DNA of 64,000 bases from Eledone cirrhosa (lineage: Eukaryota), in NCBI GenBank assembly GCA_964016885.1, contig OZ024744.1:80538001-80602000 (forward strand). Direction: 5' to 3'. The notes beneath the pieces were generated by a model. The model saw only the letters and a list, made by a program, of their open reading frames with translations, did not search any database and was not told the origin of the DNA. The first letter of the stretch is position 1, and each line of letters starts with the position of its first letter. Below, one piece after another: positions 30,901 to 43,348 of the stretch. The translations under genes and the position numbers were made by a program.

Positions 30901-31110
30901 TTATATTTGGGGAGGGTCATGTTGTTATAATATTTCCAGAAATATCTAATAAAACACACTCACTGTTTGGTTTGTGCATCAGTATATTTTATATTTCTAT
31001 AATTACTTCAGCTAAAAAGTATACTGAAGTGAAAACCAACCTAAACCAAACAGTGTTTTTATTGTATATTTCTGGCAATATTAGAATAACATGACCCTCC
31101 CCAAATATAA
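30901..31110. repeat. Small foldback element sharing termini with the 20.7-kb Penelope LTR
   Basis: ttatatttggggagggtcatgtt ... aacatgaccctccccaaatataa. Confidence 0.8.
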
Positions 31111-31866
31111 TTGTTTCTACTTTTGGCACAAGGCCAGCAATTATCCCAGTGCATTACTGGTACTTTATTTTATCGACTCCGTAAGGATGAAAAGCAAAGT
31201 TAACCTATATAACAGTATAATACTGTATTTATGATAATTATGAATAATAATTACACCTTTAAGTTATAAACAAAGTTACTCTATTACTTCTCTATTAGGT
31301 GTTGTATAATTAATTCTAGTTTGAAGTCTGTCTCAAGCCTGGAGGCTCACCAGGCTGGTGCTTATCCTGGTTTCCATGGTGTTAAGCGACAGAGTACAAT
31401 ACTGCCACTTGGACAGGAAGCCAGACCTTTGCAGGGTTAAACTCCAAGTTATTGCTGGTACTTATTTTCAACATTACAACTCCACCAGGAATTACAGGTC
31501 AAAGAAGAAGTTATAATTACATGGAAGCATGTGGCCTAGTGGTAAGGGTGTTGGTATAATTAGATTTCGTTAGACAATGTGAAATAAATTAGACTGAGAA
31601 TTATAGTAGATATTGTTTGACACACTGATTCTCAAAATGGGCACTACCACCCCCTGCCCTCTTGGAGGCACTGGAAGACTAAAGAGGAGAACTGGCAGGC
31701 AAGGGGTTGTGTAGAGGGGGGAAGGTATTTGGTAGAAGGTAAGGTGTGGTGAGGGAGGAAAAGGGGGGCAAAGAATACAAATTACTACTTGCTTGTAAAA
31801 CTGTCATCTAGTTTATACAATAAATGCTTAAATAAAATAAAAAGAATTATTAAGATTTTATTTTCA

Positions 31867-31906
<40 letters not shown>

Positions 31907-33180
31907 TATCAACTTTATGGGAATGGGACTGGAGGGCAGTGCTGATGAAATACATTCTCTAAATCTGGGAAACTGATTTAACACAACCAAAACATATCCC
32001 CAATTTCTGAGCTTCCTTCCTTGCACATAATATTGTTGTCAATAATGAGCTGGCAGGAAAAGTTACATATTTTTTTTTATAGTAACAAATCCACATTGAA
32101 AATTCAAGTTTCCAGAGCAAGATTAGAGTACTTTTGTGGCCCAACAACACTAAGTCACAAGAAACTTAAAAGCAATTAAGGACTATGAGTTAGAGTACAT
32201 TACTAGGGACGACCCTATGTTAGAGAAAATTTAGTCCCCCACTCATCCACATCTGCTCAAAATAAAAAAAACAACAAAAAAAAAAACAATTTAATAATTA
32301 TAATATATTCATTATAATAGTCTAAATTTTGACAATATATATATATATATATATATACATACACTGATTATCTGTACAGGCAATATTTATTAGAATGCAC
32401 AGACTTTGTTTATACATTTTGGGAGGACTCCATGCTGTGACCTGTATTTTTTCTCTCCCCTTGCTGCTATCCTCTCTCTCTCCTTCTCCCTCTTACTTTC
32501 ACTCAACCCCTCTGCTAGTCACCTTCTCTCAGCTAGCCTCCCACTATAACTATCTCTTTCTCGCTTCCTCGCACTTTCACTCACCCTCTCTCTCACTTCC
32601 TCCATCATCCAGCACTGTACCGTGGTCTCTCTTCTCGCTAACACTGCTATGGTCAAGATGCTGTCTTTCGTCTCTCGTCAAAATTCGCCAGTTCTTATGT
32701 TCTAAATCAGTTGTTTACTTGATATTTTTCCTAATTTTCCTCTCTTTAAGTTGCTTCACCCTTCGTGTGTTTACATGTTTTTCTCCCTCCCCACTTCTTT
32801 TATCCCAATAACTTATTTTAGTTATTGTTCGCCCTAGGCTCAGGTATCTTGTCTAACACAAAGAAATACGTATGATTCCTAGTAGACAACTGATGACGGA
32901 TAATCCTCTATTTCACCTGTAACTTTTATTTTTTCATTATATATAAATATATATATATATATGAATAGTATATTTCGCAATATGCCCTATGTTTAATTAA
33001 AAACATTTAGAAAACCATACGCTATCAGTTTTAAAGTAGTGACTATGTCACTTACTTCTTTTCAGCAAAAGAAGGGAGAGAAGCTGACAATCTGTTTCAT
33101 GCTGGTTGGCGTTCATCCGAGCCATGTACTCCCCTGCTTTCGCCGAAAATTATAGAAGCTGGATTCTTATAGAATTCCAG

Positions 33181-33214
<34 letters not shown>

Positions 33215-33899
33215 ACATGTAGTGTGTATGGATGATGATGCTCAATGGATAAAGAGGAGCCAAGAAATCCCAATGGAAGCTAGAGGAAGACAAAGAAAGT
33301 CCCAGACAGAAGTTGTGAAAGCTGATCTCAAATCGCTGAAACTCACAGAGGAGATGACAAAGGAATATGACAAATGGAGAGATGCTGTGCTGGGAAAGAC
33401 TCACCCAATCCATGAAAGCATGGAAAAGTGGATGTAATGATGATGATGATTTAAAAATCATTGACAGTGTTACTTCATTGAATTCATTCAAATTCCTGAT
33501 TACTTTTAAAAATTAATTGAAACACAGTGGACATGTATTTAACTTTAAAATAAGATCACAAAAGGGTTTTAAACATGACAATAAATTGTATTAGACTACA
33601 ACTTGAAAAAGTACTTCACAAAATGTGGATGGTCAAAGCCTATTATTCACCAAATCTTCATATTGTGACAGAAAGAAATTAAACAACTTTGATTTTTAAT
33701 TAACTATTTTGGCTAAGTATAAGGGCTCAAGTGAATCCAAAGACCCAGTCTTTAGCAATGTTAAAACATTGATAGTATAGGCATAAAGTTTTTTTTTTTG
33801 TTATAACCAGGAAGTCAAACCAAAGTTATAAACAATAAACAATTCACCTGTACTTAATGACCATTAGGCAAAACATTGTTAAATAAATGTTAGGACTGA

Positions 33900-34012
33900 A
33901 AATAAAAATGCAATTTCTAAATATATATATTTAAAAAAAAACACAATTTCTAAATATTTAAAAAAAAATGCAATTTCTAAATATAAAAAAAAAAAATGCA
34001 ATTTCTAAATAA
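33900..34012. repeat. ~28-nt minisatellite (aaaaatgcaatttctaaatat), continued at 35794-35882
   Basis: same unit on both sides of the Chapaev3-like insertion. Confidence 0.8.
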
Positions 34013-35793
34013 CACTGTGTAACATATTTTTTGTTCCCCGGTTCTAAGTGTCATTCCCTGGTTTGTTATATTCCATTATTATAAAAAAACACTATTATTT
34101 AATCAGAAGTTTGGGTTTGTGGTCAAGAGTTTGATATTTCGAAATTTTCATATTTTTCAAGATAAAACATTTAAAAAAAATTTATCAGTTCATATAATTA
34201 AATCAACAGAGTATATATTTATTTTATTACACAAGCTTATCAAAAGCAAACAAGTAAAAACAAATAACACTTATAAAGCAACTTATACATGTCAGAAATG
34301 ACTGGATTTCCTGGATTTGCGGTTGTAGTCCAGGTCGCATTCCCGCACTAGCCCCCAGATATAGTCCCCCATCATTTTTTCATTGTAGTGGCCCTGGTAC
34401 CTCCGCTCTATCTCTTTCACATCTTGGTGGAATCGTTCGCCTTGTTCTTCTGAGTAGGCGCCTATATTGTCCTTGAATTTTTCCAGGTGAGTGTCCAGCA
34501 TATAGAGTTTAAGCAACATCCTGCATCCTATGGCGCCAAAAGCCTTTATCAGATCCTGCACCAGTTGCTGGTAGTTTTCAGCTCTGTAGTTGCCCAGGAA
34601 GCCCTTAACAACTACCTTGAAACAGTTCCATGCTGTTCTCTCAATCCTATTGAGCTTATTGGAGAACTCGGTAGACTCAAACACCTTCTTTATCTGAGGT
34701 CTGACAAAAATTCCACCTTTGATTTTGGCCTCAGATAACTTGGGGAAGAACTCAAGAAGGTACTTAAAAGCGGCCGATTCTTGGTTGAGAGCCTTCACAA
34801 ACTGCTTCATCAACCCCAACTTAATGTGCAGTGGTGGCATGAGCACAATCCTGGGATCAACCAGTGGCTCCCACATGACATTCCGGGTCCCAACTACAAA
34901 TTCTGTTCGCTGCTCCCAGTTCTTTCTTTTGTAGTGGTCAGAGGTGGCTCTGCTGTCCCAAAGGCAGAGGGAGCATTGGAATTTGATAAAGCCTCCTTAG
35001 AGTCCAAGCAGGAAAGCCACCATCTTGAAGTCTCCAATGATTTCCCAATTGTACTGGTTGTATTGCAGAGCTTCCAAGAGGACTTTCACATTGTAGTAAT
35101 CTTTCTTCAGGCAGACTTAATGAGCTAGGGGCAGTGTCGGGAACTTGTTTTCATTGTGGAAGAGGACAGCCTTCAAACTTGTGGTGGAGCTGTCTATAAA
35201 TAGCCGCCACTCCTTGGGCACAAACGGCACCCCAATAACGTCAAACAGTCCAGGCATGTCATGGCAGAAGCAGAGGCCATCCCTAAGAGTGTAAAAGCCT
35301 GAGAAAGGTTCGTGTCGACTTCTCTGACTTGTCAACTACACTTCCTCCTTGACCAAGTTCCACTTCTTCATCCCGGAGACGAATAGCTCTGCATTGGACT
35401 TGGTCAGACCCATATCCCTGACCAAGTCATTGACTTCTTTTTGGTTTGGGAAGTGAGGAACTTTTTCTGGTACCCCAGTATCAATAAATCTCTTTAATCC
35501 ACTTTTTAACAATTTTATACTTTATTGCACTTATATAATTTTCTTTAGGTATTACTCTTTATTTTATAATTTAACCTGAAACATATATAAAAAAAATCAT
35601 TTAACATAAGCAAATTAAACTTACATACGTAAAATCCAGTATACAAATAATTCTAGTGAATAGCTTAGAATTTTTACAAACCCAAACTTTTAACTGTTTA
35701 ATAGCACTTTTTTTTTTATTTATTCGGGACCTAAGCAACATAAAAAAGTGATTACAAGCCAAGAACAGTGAAAAAAAATTTTTTGTTACAGTG
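34013..35793 (-). mobile_element. Chapaev3-like (CMC) DNA transposon, internally deleted, transposase disrupted
   Basis: termini CACTGT(GT)AACA...TGTTACAGTG; 3-bp TAA duplication at 34010-12 and 35794-96; PPLHIKLGLMKQFVKA and SEEQGERFHQD...ERRYQG motifs (ORFs 34292-34876, 35117-35335). Confidence 0.82.
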
Positions 35794-35921
35794 TAATAAA
35801 AAAAAACGCAATTTCTAAATATAAAAAAAAAATGCACTTTCTAAATAATATTTTTAAAAAAGGCAATTTTTTAAATAATATAAAAATTTTTTTTCAATAA
35901 TAAATAAACCAAATTACTCAC

Positions 35922-36086
35922 AGCAAAACTACTTTGAAATTCCTTTATGTCATGAAAGAATTCTTCAGATGAGTATTTTTTTCTCTCAAAAGAGAAATAT
36001 TTTGCAAGTTCTGTGTATTTCGTGTCCATCTTTTTGTACATTGTATTCAGTACTTCATACTGAGTTGTAGCCTTTTCCAGGAATGG
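35922..36086 (-). CDS. DIAPH: Diaphanous formin FH2 exon: PFLEKATTQYEVL...YFSFERKKYSSEEFFHDIKEFQSSFA
   Basis: AC acceptor, gtgagt donor, 165 nt, phase 0-0; YFxF..K...EEFF motif. Confidence 0.94.
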
Positions 36087-39000
36087 GTGAAGAGTGTGTT
36101 AAGAAATAATACAACTAAATGTATTTAATATCCAGATACGTTTTTTTTTTTTTTTTTTTTTACATTTACAGAAGTTATTTATTTGTATAAGACATGGAGG
36201 AAAAGTTTTATTTAATCGACATTTCGATATATCTAAATACAAATTCACAGTTGTATAAATGATTTCATTTATTGGCCACAATTTATTTTTCAGAATGAAA
36301 ATATAAACACATATAATAAACTAATTAGCTAATACAATGCACGGAAATATATGATCAAAGAGAAAGAAAGATAATAAACAACAAAGGAACCAAAAACAAA
36401 AAACTACCATCAATTCACAGCACAAAGGTCAACGGAAATTTTTGAGGCAGGCCAACATGCTCGCAACATTTCCGCAGGTGATGGCAAAGCTAAGGCACTG
36501 AAACAACCAGGCATCACCTGACACCTTGGTATGGTCAGCCACCAACAATGTCAAATAAGTATGTATAATAACCATAATCATAGCTTAAAAATAAATATCC
36601 ACAGTGACACTTATGTATGTTTATCATACATAAACACATTTCATATGGGCAGTGCTGGATTTACCATTGTGCTTCGATGTGCTTATACACAGGGCCCAAT
36701 TAGTCAGGGGGAGGAACCCATCTTCCGGACCAAAAATTTTTTACGAAGTATTTTTCAAATGATAGGAGCCTCATTGTCCTAAATCCGGAATTGCACACAG
36801 GTACCCGGATCTATAACACCTCTATTTTGAATCAGATTGTGTTAGTAATTTTGCTAAAATGTGTGTGTGCCCACCTGATATATGGACTAAAAGTAGGTTA
36901 TGATGACCTATTTCTATAAATTTGCCAAAGATTAAAAGTACTTACAAAAACTGATATATGATTTTTTGCATATCTGTGTTACATGTACACAAATACATAT
37001 GCATGAAGGTAGGTTTGTATGTATGTAATATTTCTTTATTTGTATATAGGGGAAAAGGTAGGAGTGCAGTTTAAAAATAAGGAGTTAAGTCCCCTGGCTA
37101 CAATAACATCATCATCATCATCACCATCATCTTCCACCTCTAACATTTAACATCTGTATTTCCATGCTGGCATGGGGTGAACAGGTTGTCACAGTCTGAT
37201 ATTATACATATCAGAGGACCCTGTCTTACTCATACATTATTATCATTGGTGGATTGGCAGAATCGGTAGAGCAGTGGACATGCTCTGAGTTCAAATCCCA
37301 CCAAAATCAGCTTGGTTTTTCATCCTTCTGAGGTCAAGAAAAATAAAATACCAGTAAAGTACTGGGAATCGATTAAATTGACTTTCTCTTCCCACCCAAA
37401 TTACTGGCCTTGTGAATTATTTTTGAACGTACATCTATGTCAGTAGAGGCTGGATAGGTCAAATCAGTAATTAATCAGAGCTACTGTCCTCCCAGACAGA
37501 CTGACAGGTGTAGGGGGCGAGGGGAGGGTGTTTACATCTTGCATATGTTCCGATTTTGGCATGGTTTCTCCCTCTGGATGTTCCCCTCACTTCCTGTCAC
37601 CAACAGGAGTCCATTCTCGACTTTGAATTCTCTCTGGATTGCTGATAATCTTGGGTATTATTAGGATGGCCTAATGAAAGCCATCATCCTAACTTTGCTA
37701 ATTATCAATAATACTGGTAATTGGTAGGGTTTTTTCTTGGCTTGAACCTGCATAGTATAGGCATGAAAAATAAGTGATTTTCTATTGTAATGTAAATATC
37801 ATAACGTTTATCTATTAAACTATTTAAATGCTTACTATCACTAATTTTTTTTTGCCTGATTTATATTATATGTTACAAGATATTAAGGTATTGCTGTCCT
37901 CCATAACATTATAATTTAAGAGTACACTCTGATAAGGTTTTTTCACACCTACTTTCATAGAGCGGTTATGGTGCAACAAGGTCGAAATTATTGTATCATC
38001 ATCATCATACTTTTACGTCCGCTTTTCCCTGCTTGCAAGGGTGGGATGGGAACTGATTCTGGCTTTATTTCTACAGCTGGATGCCCTTCCTAACACCAAC
38101 CTCATTTACAGTGAGTGCTGGGTGCTTTTTTGCCGTGGCACCTCCAAAACCACTTTGCAGTGGAATGATATAGACCCCAGTCCCTATCATCTCATTTCTA
38201 CAGCTGAGTAAACTGGAGCAATGTGAAATAAAGTGTCTTGCTCAAGGAAACAACACATCACCCGGTCTGAGAATTGAACTCACAACCTTTCGATTGCAAG
38301 GCCAATGCTCTAACCACTAAGCCATGTGCCTCCATGTATATTGATCTAAATTCCTCTATCTCTCTCCCTGTGTCTGTGTATCATCACTCTTTAATGCCTA
38401 TTTTTATGCTTGCTGGCATGATTTAGGCAGGCTGTTTTATTATGAGGTTTGAGGGGTCATGCAATCAAATTTAACAAATGACTTAGAACAACAACAGGAC
38501 ATGAATAATTAGCTAAACTGAATATAGTTAACATTTTTTAAAGTATAAATTATACACACCCACTCCTCATTTAACATCTAATTTACATGCTTGCATGGGT
38601 TAGACAACCTGTCATATCCCAAGGCTTGACCAGTCAGGTGCACGTCTTGTTCATACATTTCATTTTTGGCTTGGTTTTCTATGGCTGGATGCTCTTCCAA
38701 ATGCCATCCACTTTTACAGAGTATTCCAGCACTACTAACTTAAAGAGTTGACTGGTTATATATATTTATATACATGCACACATACATATATATGATGGTG
38801 TGGTTAAACAGTTTGCTTTGAAATCACACGAGTTCGGATTCAGAGTCATAGCATGACACCTTGGGCAAATGTCTTCTACTATACTTTGAAGTGACTAATG
38901 CCTTGTGAATTAAATTTGGTAGACGTTAACTGTACAAAAGTCTGTCACATGTGTATGCATATGTGAATGTGTATCTGTCTGTATTTACATGTACTTGGGA

Positions 39001-39179
39001 ATTTAACAAAAAGCAATTGATAAAACAAAGTACCTGACATGAAAATATAAGTACTAGGGTTTATATGAATGACACAAATCCTTCAAGGTGGTGCCCCAGT
39101 ATGGCTAGAAGTCTAATGACCAAAACCAGTAAAAGAATATAATTCACTACATAGTATATATCAATTTTTAAAAGGATAT
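36087..39179 (-). other. U12-type (minor spliceosome) AT-AC intron, 3093 nt
   Basis: 5' ss ATATCCTTT at 39179-39171; branch site TTCTTAAC at 36105-36098; terminal ...TCAC at 36087; joining gives in-frame DKFVEKLQ|PFLEKA. Confidence 0.93.
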
Positions 39180-39304
39180 TTGAAGTTTCTCTACAAATTT
39201 ATCTCCTTGAAGTTTTGATTTGGATGCATTTTTTAAATCTATCTCTAGTTGGCTTAAATTCTTTTTAAATGCTTTCAAGTTCTTTTGTATTTGTTCATCA
39301 GAAG
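39180..39304 (-). CDS. DIAPH: Diaphanous formin FH2 exon: (S)SDEQIQKNLKAF...GDKFVEKLQ
   Basis: tttag acceptor, 125 nt, phase 1-0, DKFVEK motif; ends at ATATCCTTT (U12 donor). Confidence 0.94.
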
Positions 39305-39415
39305 CTAAAAGAAAAGAAGAAAATCCATTATAAAGGTTAAGAATTTGAAAAAATATACTATATACACTTGTGTATAAGTTGCACTCCCATTTTACATATG
39401 TGTTTGGTTTAGTAT

Positions 39416-39635
39416 TTAACCCTTTAGCATTTACATTACTCTATATTTACTATTGTATTTTCACAGTAAAGGCTTTACCTCACATAATATCAAATCTATG
39501 AGATTTTGATATTATTTATTTTGAGAACAATACCGTAACATCAGTATGAGTGGCCAGTTATGGTGAGTTTGAATAGAAAGAGGTGAGAGAATTGAGGCTA
39601 GATGGATACGGCCAGTTTAAATGCTAAAGGGTTAA
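39416..39635 (+). mobile_element. ~210-bp piggyBac-like MITE (TTAA-CCCTTTAGCATTTA...TAAATGCTAAAGGG-TTAA); other copies at 753, 9122, 11172, 11668, 17729, 19605, 27441, 44151, 47981 (+) and 50045-50426 (-)
   Basis: 14-bp TIRs and TTAA duplications; the 17729-17937 copy splits a repeat whose empty site (ttattaagttggtg) is seen near 18070. Confidence 0.88.
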
Positions 39636-41031
39636 CTCACAGATGAAGTTTTGTAGAGCCAGTAGATAGGTCATATGCTGATTTTTACATAATTTGTTTT
39701 CCTTATAAAAAAATGCATCACAAGTACAGATGGTATGTTATTGAATACAATTTTAGAGATAACTTATCATAAATATAGGTTTAATCTTACATACTATCTG
39801 TATTCAGTTTAGAATAGGTACACTGTTTCTCTGCCTCTTATAAGAGGCCACTAAAAGGGCTGATGAATAAAGGGATTCCATGATGAGTAAGATTAAGCCT
39901 TGGGGCTTGTCCACAAGATCAACATTTGCTTTAGCAAGGGAAAATGGCTTTAAAACACTTACTGTATAGGTTTAATCTCATAGCATTGCCAATTATTTAA
40001 AATGCTGCATCCTTATTTAATATTGTTTTGTGTTTTCAGTGAACACAAGGAATCTAGAATTATACAGGATGGGAATTGTGATGTTATGGGCTAATCACAG
40101 AGTCAACTTGATAAGAGTTAACTTCTGTTGCTAATGTTTCTTCCAATGTTCTTATTTAACATTCATAACAGACTAGAAATGGTAAATACCAAATTCTAGA
40201 ATATTTTAGTCGTAAAGACACAACTTGTGTAGGACATTATTTAATGACTAATAAAATATAAAATTCCGTCAGCTGTGTTAATGAATGAAATGTGAAATAT
40301 ACCAACTCAATTATCAGTTGTTGAAGAATTAAATGGATTTATCTTTCACATACACTGAAACCAATGAAATAACAGTTGAATACATAACTTTGTGTAAAGT
40401 TGAAGTCAAAGAAAGCTTCTTGGAAATAAATATAAGAAGAAACTTCACAGTTTTGTCTATTAACCCTTTCATTACCCACTGGCACTGTCGGTTATGATGA
40501 CGAGTGTTCCAGTTGATTCGATCAACGGAACAGCCTGCTCGTGAAATTAACGTGCAAATAACCGAGCATTCCACAGACATGCATACTCTTAATGTAGTTC
40601 TCAGGGAGATTATAGGCACAACTCATTTTTGCCAGCTGAGTGGACTGGAGCAATATGAAATAAAATGTCTTGCTTAAGGACACAATGTACAATGTGCCAT
40701 TGGGAATCAAACTCACAATCTTACAATTGTAAGCTGAATACCGTAACCACAAAGCCATGTGGCTTCACTAACATATTTTAAATAAAAGACATTATGTATG
40801 ATTTTCAAATAATTTTGTAAATAATCAACATTTTGAAAAGATTTAGTAATTTAACTAACTTTCACATTATCAAGTTGGTGTTTGGAATAAAACAAAGGTT
40901 TTTACATAAACATTATGATGGAAGGTTTATAGATAAACATAAACACTTTAAAGTAAACAGCTTAATATTATAAAACCAAAGCAGTTTGGTAAGAAAAGCA
41001 TTAATAAAAGTATAATCAATGTCATATTTAC

Positions 41032-41161
41032 ATTTTGATGCCTTCTCTACATAACTGAGATCATCTTTGAAGCTCAATAATTGGGGATAATCGTTTTGTA
41101 TAATGTTCACAATAAAATGTAACAACGTCATGGATCCATCTTGTGTTTTAGTATCTTTCAA
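41032..41161 (-). CDS. DIAPH: Diaphanous formin FH2 exon: LKDTKTQDGSMTLLHFIV...YVEKASK
   Basis: acag/gtaaat, 130 nt, phase 0-1; LxDTK and TLLHF motifs. Confidence 0.96.
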
Positions 41162-42646
41162 CTGTTGAAAAATTAAAGATTAAGATTAAAGAGTAAATAA
41201 TTTTCTAAAAAATTGCTTTGAAAGATAAACAAACAAACAAAAAATACAATAAAACAATTCACTTGATTCTTGAGTGAACAACAGATAATTCTCAAAGAGT
41301 GGTTGTGTAGGTGTCACGACAAAAAGCACTCTGTCCACACTGTAATGTGGTCATGTAGGTGTCACGACAAAAAGCATTCCACTTTTGGCACAAGGACAGC
41401 AATTATCCAGTACATTACTGGTACTTTATTTTATCGACTCCGTAAGGATGAGGCAAAATCCCGTTGAGGTTAACTTTGCCTTTCATCCTTACGGGGTCGA
41501 TAAAATAAAGTACCAGTGGAAGAACTATTTCCACCTTGAAAGTAAATATTTCACTGGTAATATTTTCTCTAAATATTTGGCAGTATGTAGATTAGCAGAA
41601 TCATTATAATGTCAGAGAAAATATTTTTCAGTATTTGTTCCTGCTTTATATTATGAGTTCAAATTCCACTGAAGTTGATTTTTGCTTTTCCTCTTTCTGG
41701 AATTGGTAAAATATAGTACCACAAAAATAACAATATAATTGACTTTTCCCTCTCCACAAATTGCAGGCCTTGAACTTAGATCAGAAATTATAATTTGCTA
41801 AATTACTCCATGAGCCATGTGCCTGTTTAAACCCTTTTATTAGCGTATTTCTAATAGACACTGCCTATGATTTTCAAATGATTTTGAAAATATTCAAGAA
41901 TTTGGAGGGATTTAGTAACATATCTATACAAAGATTCTTACATGAAATTATAATGGAAGGTTTTTAGATAAAAATTTGGTCAAAAAGTTTAAAATAAACA
42001 GGTTAGTATCATGGAGTTCCACTGAAGCAGGTGGAGAAGTTCAAGTATCTCGGGGCCCGTGTTCATGCATGATAGAAGGCAGGAGACTGAATTACGTGCA
42101 AGAATTTCAAGAGCTGGTGCTGTAATGTGCCAGCTTCAACATTTGGTAATCAGAAGAAGGGAGGTATGTGTAAAAGCTAAACTCACTATCTTTAATTTGG
42201 TATTCGTGCCAACCCATATCTATGGTTATGAATCTTGGGTAATGACCGAACGATGATGACGAAGCTTAGTATCATAGAAGTAAAGGCAGTTTTAGAAGGT
42301 TTATTATCAAATAAGTTAAACAATATATTTTATGCTTGTATATGTAATTTAAATCTGTTTGTGTTTATTGCATATCTTCTGGCTAGAGAGATCATCATCA
42401 TCACCGTTTAACATCAATTTTTCCATGCTGGTTTGGGTTAGATGAGATATCCTGATGTGAGCAATGCAAGATCAAGTGACCATGTCATGCTCATACAGAA
42501 CCGAGATATAATTAATTAAAAGACAAAACAGGTATATATAAATAGGTTTCCTATTAAGATGTATGGTCTATCACCAAATGCATTGATATATGAATACAGC
42601 ATAATATAAAATGAGAATAAAAAGAATAAATCTAGTATTTACAAAC

Positions 42647-42799
42647 CTTATTGAGGTAAGATATTTCAAAACCTATAGATTCAGCATTTCTTGAGCCAGT
42701 ATTCATATAGTTTCCAATACTTAATATCAATGTCATTATACTGGAGAAGTTTGTACTGTTTCTCACTTGGTCAAATGCCTCAGTTATTGCTACAATACT
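42647..42799 (-). CDS. DIAPH: Diaphanous formin FH2 exon: SIVAITEAFDQVRNS...IGNYMNTGSRNAESIGFEISYLNK
   Basis: tag/gtttgt, 153 nt, phase 0-0; hallmark GNYMN motif; absent from the ORF track, read by hand. Confidence 0.97.
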
Positions 42800-42916
42800 C
42801 TAGTGGAAGAAATAGATATAAAAATAGTTGTGAATATACATAAATATAGTTCAAGGAAATGACAAACAGAGGTACAAAAAGTCTTATTAGTTTCACACTT
42901 TTTATATATATATATT

Positions 42917-43039
42917 GAAATAAAAATAGAAGCTTTGCTGTAACACTGACAAAATAATATAGTCTAACAGTGGGTTTATGCGCCCCATTATTAGACTATA
43001 TCATTTAGTCAATGTTATGGTGAAGCTTCTATTTCTATT
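42917..43039. repeat. Imperfect ~60-bp-arm hairpin next to TA repeats
   Basis: aatagaagctt...tagtctaacagtggg / cccattattagacta...aagcttctatt. Confidence 0.75.
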
Positions 43040-43297
43040 CTAAACTTCGCTTGCTGCATTCCAAACATAATTCCTCCATATATATATATAACCAAAATTT
43101 AAAAAAGTTAAACTGCTAACACTGGAATTGAACCATCAGCACAGTTGAGGTATGTCATACATCAATTTATGTATTTTATCTGATGAGGACGTACTAAAAA
43201 AACAGCACAGTACCTCCAAAATATATATAATAAAACATATTTTGAGTACGTGAATGTCTCCATTTATTAATATTTTGAATTAATATAGAGAGAGAGA

Positions 43298-43348
<51 letters not shown>

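Noticed and set aside
32860-32915. GAAATACGTA and CTGATGACGGATAATCC motifs
   Set aside because: No GAAA after stem II; at most a decayed remnant, not callable
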